Shown here piece by piece: positions 58,215-64,000 of a stretch of DNA of 64,000 nt. Source of the DNA: a virus (taxonomy: Duplodnaviria; Caudoviricetes). Where the stretch lies: the IMG/VR virus record IMGVR_UViG_3300037041_001930, one strand, 5' to 3'. Within the stretch, counting starts at the first letter, position 1; each line of letters begins with the position of its first letter. The notes below the pieces were generated by a model. The model searched no databases. It worked only from the letters and a program-made list of their open reading frames with translations, and was not told the origin of the DNA. Position numbers and translations under genes: made by a program.

Positions 58215-59158
58215 GCCGACTGCAACTCAGGATGGGTATGGTCAGCAGGGGCGTACTTCCGACGTAGTTTAGTGGGTCTGACATCCCCACTGTAGGGGTC
58301 ATCAGATGACCGACGTTTCTTTGTAGACTCCACAGGACGATTAGACATTTTGTATAAGAGATACAATAGTCCAGCAGTGGCTACACCAGCAGTACCCAGG
58401 ACAAGAGGTGATGTCAAAGTTTTAACAGCATCGCCCATGTTTTCGACACCACGTGATGTCCGCTCACCAGTGGCGGCTACATCTTTAGAAAGTTGTTCAA
58501 CATTCTTCGCCGTATTTGCCGTACTTGTCAAGCCTTCAACAACTGGTTTATTTGATTCCTCGATGAGTTTCTTGGAGGCTCCAGCTGCCCCCTCGAAAGC
58601 ATTGGCTGCACTACTAATTGACTTCGCAGATCTAGCGGCTTCCAACCCAAGACCAATTCCAGCTTTAACACCGATATTCTTCATGATTGCGTCAGTTCCA
58701 GCCCTTGATTTCAAGGGGTCAAGAATGGCAAGCGCACGCTGGGGATTCGCAGATGAAATCTCGAGCTGTCCCCCCTTCGTAGTGGGGTGATCAATCCGCA
58801 TCGTAAATGCCCCTGGATTTTTGGGGTCTGGTGACCAGATATTAGATTTAGATAGATCGGGTTGTCCTTTACCTGCTTTTAAGGCATCTTGGAGTTCGCT
58901 GTGTCCAGCGTGTAAGTGGCCCCCACGCATTGCGTGTCGCTGCCCCTTCGTAGTCGCCAGTGCCCCTATCGCAGAGAAAGTTGCGGCTTGCAGTGGATCG
59001 ATGGGTTGTCCACGAATCTTATCAATGGCAATGGGAATGGTGCCACCAGCTACACCTGTGGCCACTGGCCAAATGATGTCACGGAGTGCCGCCGCCGCCT
59101 CCTTTTGCATGGCCACTTTACGAGTGAGATAAAACAACATGATCTGTGCTGGGCTCAT
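58211..59158 (-). CDS. Glycine-zipper/TM protein with N-terminal KVA/KEAA leader
   Basis: MSPAQIMLFYLTRKVAMQKEAAAA; hydrophobic segments incl. LVLGTAGVATAGLLYLLY; AT-richer than neighbours; ATGA overlaps at both ends. Confidence 0.75.
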   Translation of the reverse strand: MSPAQIMLFYLTRKVAMQKEAAAALRDIIWPVATGVAGGTIPIAIDKIRGQPIDPLQAATFSAIGALATTKGQRHAMRGGHLHAGHSELQDALKAGKGQPDLSKSNIWSPDPKNPGAFTMRIDHPTTKGGQLEISSANPQRALAILDPLKSRAGTDAIMKNIGVKAGIGLGLEAARSAKSISSAANAFEGAAGASKKLIEESNKPVVEGLTSTANTAKNVEQLSKDVAATGERTSRGVENMGDAVKTLTSPLVLGTAGVATAGLLYLLYKMSNRPVESTKKRRSSDDPYSGDVRPTKLRRKYAPADHTHPELQSA

Positions 59159-61245
59159 ATCTGGGGCTCCTGTGCAGACGTTTGTAGCGGTGCTTCGGCT
59201 ACTGCCTCTGGGTTCTGGATCTCGGGGGTCTCCGGCTTCACCGCCTTCGACCTCCGAATCGCACGGTGGATCACCCTCGCCCTGGCACGATCAAGATTAC
59301 GGAATGGCTTATTGATGGCTAGACCCATGGACCCGTAGACCTGCTTGAGGACCTGGTCATGGGGGATCCACTCACCGGGGAAATCCGCGGGTGCCTCGCC
59401 TTCACCGAGATGAAAGGCGTAGTCGTAGCCGTGGTACCCAGGCTCCGGCGCCCCTTCATCAGGGATCACGCGGACGTTGGACGAGTAGGGGGCTGGGGCC
59501 CCCTTACCCTCAGTCGGGAAATGAAATCGACGGTTGCTGTCACGTCGAACCAATACTTTACCTTCGGGATCCAAATAGACGTACTCAGTTTTAGGAAGCA
59601 GCGCGGCAGCATCTGCCTGCTTCTTCAGTGGCATCTCGGTGTGCGTGGCCAGGACGTCCTCACCGACCCCGCCTGTGAAAAACTCTTTCTCATCGAAGTA
59701 GGTGACCCCAGCGGTCTCTGCGGCGTCATGATCGTCATCGGTGTTGCCAACCATGCAGATCACGGGATCCAAGGAGAACGCTTCCTCGGCGTATTCGAGC
59801 ATCGCCGGCGAGGGTTTCCTACCCGCATCGTCTTCATCGGTGCAGAACACGATGTCGTCGATCTCAGGCAGGAGCTCAAGGGTCTCGTCATTGAAGTCGA
59901 GGACATCAGCTAGGGTGCTCGTCCCCATGACACTGCGATTCGTGACCCCGATGATGCGGACCCCCGCTGCCTTAAACTTCTTCAGGAGTTCCTTGACCCC
60001 AGGCTGTATCTTCTGAGTAGCATCGATGCCGGCGTCGTCATCCCATTCGGCGACCACGGTGCCATCGAGATCAACGAGGAGCCCAGGCGCCGTCGATGGT
60101 GTCTTGTCCTGGAACTTCTGGGTGCGCATGGATCCCGAGATCTCAGCGGCATGCTTCTCGGCGAGAGTATTGGTGTGCTTGGCCATCGTGAAATCCCCGT
60201 TGGTCGGGGAGTCCCCGCTGCGGAGGACAAGGAGAACCCGGCCATCCGGGAATCTCCGGACTTCATCGAAGTAGTGGCCATGGGCGGCCTCGAGGTCCTG
60301 GAGGGCCTTCACGAAGACCTTGGGGTCCTTGGGCGCATAGATACGGCGAAGACTATTGCGGTACAGTGCCCAGCCGTGGTGCTGACGCGGAACACTGGCC
60401 AGCTTCTTGCCCTTGAGTTCGGGATCCTTCTTCGCCATGCCCCTGGCGGCCTCGACGAGTTCGAGGCGGACCTCGTTGGCCCTCTTGGCCCAGTCGTTCT
60501 TGGCTACGAGTTCTTTGAGACGGGAGATCAGCGTGGCGAAGGGGATCACATCGAAGTCCTCCCGATCCGGGTGTGTGGTCCCCAGCTTGCCGTCATGGAC
60601 TCCAGTGAAGAAGTAGGTTCGTTCACCGTCGAATGCGGAGTCGTCCCAGAAGTCGTTGACCCCCTGGGGCCAAATCGACTCCACGATCTCACGGGTCTCC
60701 GGGGAGATGATCTTGAGATCGGCTTCCTCAATGGCCTCCCGAATCGCGGCGAGCAATGGGGGTTCGCCATCGTCGATGCCACCCCCGGGGAACAGGATGT
60801 AGTCTCCCTTGTCGATGCCGACGACTCCATCCTTGTCGAACGCGACGATCTCGGATCTCGGCCTCAGGAGCTGGCTCGGGGAGCCCTCGTGTTTATCCGG
60901 TGTGGGTTCATTCTCGGCGGCACGCTTGCCCAGCCCTCTGGCGAAGCTGTGATCCCTGCGTTGTCTTGCCAAGGCGGCCTCATCGGGCGCGACATCCTTG
61001 GGCTTCGCCGGCATCATCTTTGTCGCATTGGTCCAGATCTTCGCTGCTGGAGACGGCAGGCTGTGGTCCTCGGATGTCCCCCTGCAGTCACCGCCACTGA
61101 AGAGTTCAAGAAAGGTTTTGCCCTCGACCATGTGGGCATTCGTGGCTTTAACAGGATTCCCACCCGTTGGCGTCGCCACAGGTGTGTTGGTTACGGGGCG
61201 ATCACTGCCCCGGCCTGGAGATGGAATCTTGGTCTCCGCACGCAT
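59155..61245 (-). CDS. Multi-domain protein: Nudix hydrolase, PCD/PhhB-like domain, HAD-IIIA phosphatase, degenerate Nudix-like domain
   Basis: Nudix box GGIDDGEPPLLAAIREAIEEADL; PCD-like GWALYRNSLRRIY...HGHY...VLLVLRSGD..TNGDFTMAK; HAD motifs DLDGT, VTN, RKPSPAML, VGNTDDD; last domain VYLDPEGKVLVRR....FHFP. Confidence 0.85.
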   Translation of the reverse strand: MRAETKIPSPGRGSDRPVTNTPVATPTGGNPVKATNAHMVEGKTFLELFSGGDCRGTSEDHSLPSPAAKIWTNATKMMPAKPKDVAPDEAALARQRRDHSFARGLGKRAAENEPTPDKHEGSPSQLLRPRSEIVAFDKDGVVGIDKGDYILFPGGGIDDGEPPLLAAIREAIEEADLKIISPETREIVESIWPQGVNDFWDDSAFDGERTYFFTGVHDGKLGTTHPDREDFDVIPFATLISRLKELVAKNDWAKRANEVRLELVEAARGMAKKDPELKGKKLASVPRQHHGWALYRNSLRRIYAPKDPKVFVKALQDLEAAHGHYFDEVRRFPDGRVLLVLRSGDSPTNGDFTMAKHTNTLAEKHAAEISGSMRTQKFQDKTPSTAPGLLVDLDGTVVAEWDDDAGIDATQKIQPGVKELLKKFKAAGVRIIGVTNRSVMGTSTLADVLDFNDETLELLPEIDDIVFCTDEDDAGRKPSPAMLEYAEEAFSLDPVICMVGNTDDDHDAAETAGVTYFDEKEFFTGGVGEDVLATHTEMPLKKQADAAALLPKTEYVYLDPEGKVLVRRDSNRRFHFPTEGKGAPAPYSSNVRVIPDEGAPEPGYHGYDYAFHLGEGEAPADFPGEWIPHDQVLKQVYGSMGLAINKPFRNLDRARARVIHRAIRRSKAVKPETPEIQNPEAVAEAPLQTSAQEPQI

Positions 61246-61988
61246 CAGATACCCCCGAGATACCGGATCGCATAGGCGCCGAGACGCCGGAGTTCCACTG
61301 CTGTCTTGGGGAGATTGGGGCCCATGCCATAGCTGGCGCCCGTGGACTGTGTTGGCGGGCTCCCGGGCTGCCCACTCGCCGTGGAGGTCATGGGTTGGGC
61401 TTGGGCGACACCACCGGAACCGATACCAGGAGTGGACCCCTGGGCTCCACTGACCTGACCACCTCCAGCGGGGATGATGGTCTTTGAGCGATGCTGGGGG
61501 TCCACGGCGAGATCGCCGGGACCCTGGTTCTTCTGGATCCCCACGCCACCCGGTGCGGGCATCCTGCTCACATTGGGGGTCGAGGATGCCGTATTGGAGA
61601 CTGACATCGATGTGTTCGGCAGCCTGCCACCAGCCATCGCCTTCTTTTCCAACTTCTCGGATTCCGTATAATACTTTGGATTCTTGGCGAGGTGGTCGAT
61701 GGAGATTTCTTTACGTGCCTCGAGGTTGGGGGTGTGCTCACCCTCTTCCTTGATCCCCTTGATGAGTTCCTTGACACTGAGCTTGCCATGCCTTGGTGTC
61801 TGCCCCCCGAGGATGGCAGCTGCGACCTTGCCAACACCTAACCCCAGGAATGCCGCCTCTTTCTTCCAGTTCTCCGGTTTACGCCCCTGCTTGTTGGCAG
61901 TAGCGTAGAACACACGCTCAGCCTTTTCCTTACTGTAGGTGTCTCGCATGGAATTAAGAACTTTCTTGGCATCCCCGACGATAGGCAT
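61245..61988 (-). CDS. Basic protein with a DUF5661-like domain and a low-complexity tail
   Basis: ELIKGIKEEGEHT..LEARKEISIDHLAKNPKYYT matches my recollection of DUF5661; N-terminal KKVLNSMRDTYSKEKAERVFYATANKQG module; TGATG overlap. Confidence 0.7.
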   Translation of the reverse strand: MPIVGDAKKVLNSMRDTYSKEKAERVFYATANKQGRKPENWKKEAAFLGLGVGKVAAAILGGQTPRHGKLSVKELIKGIKEEGEHTPNLEARKEISIDHLAKNPKYYTESEKLEKKAMAGGRLPNTSMSVSNTASSTPNVSRMPAPGGVGIQKNQGPGDLAVDPQHRSKTIIPAGGGQVSGAQGSTPGIGSGGVAQAQPMTSTASGQPGSPPTQSTGASYGMGPNLPKTAVELRRLGAYAIRYLGGI

Positions 61989-62004
61989 AGCTGCTTCCTT
62001 TCGC

Positions 62005-62406
62005 TTACATCAGGGCCTGTAGACTGGCGAGAACGGTTACCGGGATCTCGTTGGTGTCCAACTGTAGGTCGGATTCAACGATCTTCTCCGCGTTAATCTC
62101 GACTTCCTGATCTAAGATCTTTTCGAGTTCCGCGCTAAACTCGACCACGCGGTCAGCCGGGATATGGTTTCTCACCGCGAACTGTTGCTCGAGCCCAGCA
62201 CGCGCCTTGTCAAATACTTCGGCGGCGTTGCGGATCTCGTGAAACAGCTTGCTGAGACGAAAACGGAATGTGCCAGTGAAGTTGTAGGGCTTCACGTAGA
62301 CGCCGCCACGCTCCCCATCAGCTCCGGGAGTGGTAGGTACGGCGCGACCGTCTAGCGCTGCCATGTGCTGGCGAAGTTCGGCGATACGGCGGTTGGTCAA
62401 TTTCAT
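62005..62406 (-). CDS. Conserved-type helical phage protein often adjacent to tail-fibre genes
   Basis: Start re-assigned to ATG 62406 with GAGGAGGAG RBS; FRFRLSKLF..I.NA.EVFDKAR..L.QQF...EF..EL..ILDQEVEI. Confidence 0.7.
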   Translation of the reverse strand: MKLTNRRIAELRQHMAALDGRAVPTTPGADGERGGVYVKPYNFTGTFRFRLSKLFHEIRNAAEVFDKARAGLEQQFAVRNHIPADRVVEFSAELEKILDQEVEINAEKIVESDLQLDTNEIPVTVLASLQALM

Positions 62407-62511
62407 AGTAACTCCTCCTCTCGCTACGGAGAGATTGGGGTGGGTGCACTGCGTGAAATACGCGGATGGGCACAAGTATGGCAGCAAGGCGTCACCTGCA
62501 ACCCGCCGCTA

Positions 62512-63270
62512 CTAGGGGGTCACTGGCACCTCACTCAGAGCCTCTAGCTCTGCAACTCTAGCGATTTCTCGTGTGTCACGTATGCCCTGCAGATGCCTCC
62601 CCAGGGAGTAAATCATGGTGTGAATACTGCCAAGCGTTGTGAGACCGATCTCAACGTCATCCACGCTCCGACGTAAGATTACAACCTCGTCTGGGTTAGT
62701 CGGATAATGAATAAGTTGTGGAAACTGGCGTGACACCGAACGCTCGACTAGCTCCCCATCAAGCAGAAACAACCCTACGCACTCCTCATACATTATCGCA
62801 TAGGGTGAAGCGCCCAGGGGGTTGTTGTTTTCATTGCGCCAGATGCGCCGCCTCGTGGTCCCCAACACCGTCAATGGCGCGTAGTTAGGTGCACTGTAAT
62901 TCCCGAGACCATCTCGAGCATAACGGGCAGCTTCGGCGGCATCCCGCAAGGACTGCATGTGCCGCCCCAGGGAGTAGATCATGGTGTGGACCACGCCTAA
63001 AGTTGTCAGCTGTATCAACTCATCGGTGATGACGTGGCGGAGCTCAACTACCTCTTCAGGACGTACAGGGCAGTGAATCAGGGCGACACTGTGAGTTCGT
63101 ACAGGAACCTCGCGCTGGGTGCCGTCAATAAGCCCCAGCCCGACATCCTCCTCGTGCATCGTCGCGAATGGAGCGTGGTCTACCGGGTTGTCATTCTCAT
63201 TCCTCCATATCCGACGCCGCGTACTGCCGAGCGAAGACAATGGGGAATAATTGGGTATAAAGTAGGGCAT
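62512..63270 (-). CDS. Tail-fibre-associated hypothetical protein made of two tandem ~115-aa copies
   Basis: NY(S/A)PL..LG(S/T)TRRRIWRNEN.NP...HTMIYSLGRH.Q..RD occurs twice; GAGGAG RBS. Confidence 0.75.
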   Translation of the reverse strand: MPYFIPNYSPLSSLGSTRRRIWRNENDNPVDHAPFATMHEEDVGLGLIDGTQREVPVRTHSVALIHCPVRPEEVVELRHVITDELIQLTTLGVVHTMIYSLGRHMQSLRDAAEAARYARDGLGNYSAPNYAPLTVLGTTRRRIWRNENNNPLGASPYAIMYEECVGLFLLDGELVERSVSRQFPQLIHYPTNPDEVVILRRSVDDVEIGLTTLGSIHTMIYSLGRHLQGIRDTREIARVAELEALSEVPVTP

Positions 63271-63375
63271 GGTATACTCCTCTCCCCTGGGTGGTTAGTG
63301 AACTTCGCGAAACCCTATGCTCCCCTGATAAGTCTGGTCTGAGCCGTTTACCGTAGAGACTGGCAGGGGGAGGAT
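63271..63375 (-). promoter_or_regulatory. Possible structured 5' leader with alternative pairing over the RBS
   Basis: On the minus strand, TCCTCCCCCTG is complementary both to CAGGGGAG (closing a hairpin with an inner AGTCT/AGACT stem) and to a second CAGGGGAGAGGA that contains the SD. Confidence 0.35.
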
Positions 63376-63405
63376 ATCGCTCGTCTGATAGTCATTTCAA
63401 ATCCC

Positions 63406-64000
63406 TTAGAATATGGTCCAATCAGTACCAATCGCAGTGAGCGAGAATGCCTCACCTGGGGAGATGGTGAAATTAGCAGTTGACCCCTCAATTGTATCAG
63501 CCCCTGCACGCGACACTGTGATAGCCACAGTGCCGGAATTACGAATCCAGACATCCCGCCCATTCCCTGCCGCGGGGAGCTCGAAGACCTGCCCAGCAAT
63601 AGACCCCGTGAATCTGACGCGTGAAGCCGTGATCACCGAAGTGGTCGTGACCGACTGAGTGCTGTTCTTCAGAAAACCGCCAATGCCGACATCTCCATTT
63701 ACTGTCACGCTGCCACCAACACCAACTCCTCCGGCCACCTGTAACGCGCCAGTCGCCGGGCTAATTGAATCAGTGGTGTATTTGATTTGCAGGGCCCCGG
63801 TCCCCAGGTTACCGCCGGTAAACTGAGCGACTTCACTTGTGTTAATACCTATAATTATAGGCTTGTTCGTGTTGTATATCCCAAATAACAATCTATCTGG
63901 CGCAAAGCTACCCGACGACAAAATAATTGATGACGACGACCTGGTGGAATAGCCGAACAACGACGAGGGTAGTGGGCCTGGCTGTGGAGACGCCCCAACC
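63406..64000 (-). CDS. C-terminal part of a probable tail-fibre/spike protein (5' end outside the window)
   Basis: The frame stays open to the window edge. TGALQVAGGVGVGGSVTVNGDVGIGG beta-spiral-like repeat and C-terminal ELPAAGNGRDVWIRNSG..ITVSRAGADTIEG...ISPGEAFSLTAIGTDW. Confidence 0.7.
   Translation of the reverse strand, partial: VGASPQPGPLPSSLFGYSTRSSSSIILSSGSFAPDRLLFGIYNTNKPIIIGINTSEVAQFTGGNLGTGALQIKYTTDSISPATGALQVAGGVGVGGSVTVNGDVGIGGFLKNSTQSVTTTSVITASRVRFTGSIAGQVFELPAAGNGRDVWIRNSGTVAITVSRAGADTIEGSTANFTISPGEAFSLTAIGTDWTIF

Noticed and set aside
1-64000. Stop-codon reassignment (alternative genetic code)
   Set aside because: Conserved proteins (RNAP, MCP, portal, protease) are intact under the standard code and TAA, TAG and TGA all end genes at sensible, tightly packed positions.
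1-64000. tRNA/rRNA genes, integrase, terminase, DNA polymerase, RNAP alpha or sigma subunits
   Set aside because: None recognisable. Intergenic gaps are mostly under 130 nt and show no cloverleaf; these genes may lie outside the window.

Overview
A 64 kb, densely coded segment of a large tailed dsDNA phage (Caudoviricetes, probably bacterial host; by eye ~55-62% GC with AT-richer patches). Essentially every real gene is on the minus strand, with SD-like AGGA/GGAG sites and many ATGA/TGATG overlaps. In transcription order (right to left): tail-fibre end and fibre-associated genes; a DUF5661-like basic protein; a Nudix/PCD-like/HAD/Nudix-like multi-domain protein; a spermidine-synthase-like protein; portal; a 1901-aa protein and several glycine-zipper membrane-type proteins; a divergent multisubunit RNA polymerase in an unusual two-gene layout (whole beta fused to the N-terminal catalytic half of beta', plus a separate C-terminal beta' with a LAGLIDADG intein in the trigger loop); prohead protease, scaffolds, decoration protein, HK97-type major capsid protein and a terminator; virion proteins; four collagen-like fibre genes (one with ~25 RCC1/BLIP-II repeats, one with long GS/His tandem repeats); neck proteins. 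The strongest unexplained signal is a K-x-A-(A/S/G) motif recurring dozens of times in nearly all proteins between portal and capsid. It sits after short N-terminal leaders and exactly at domain boundaries, and is scarce in the fibre/neck proteins. I infer a prohead-protease processing code for a large capsid-internal cargo: RNA polymerase, nucleotide-metabolising enzymes released from a polyprotein, and membrane-inserting ejection proteins. All functional calls come from motif recognition by eye; no database searches were possible.
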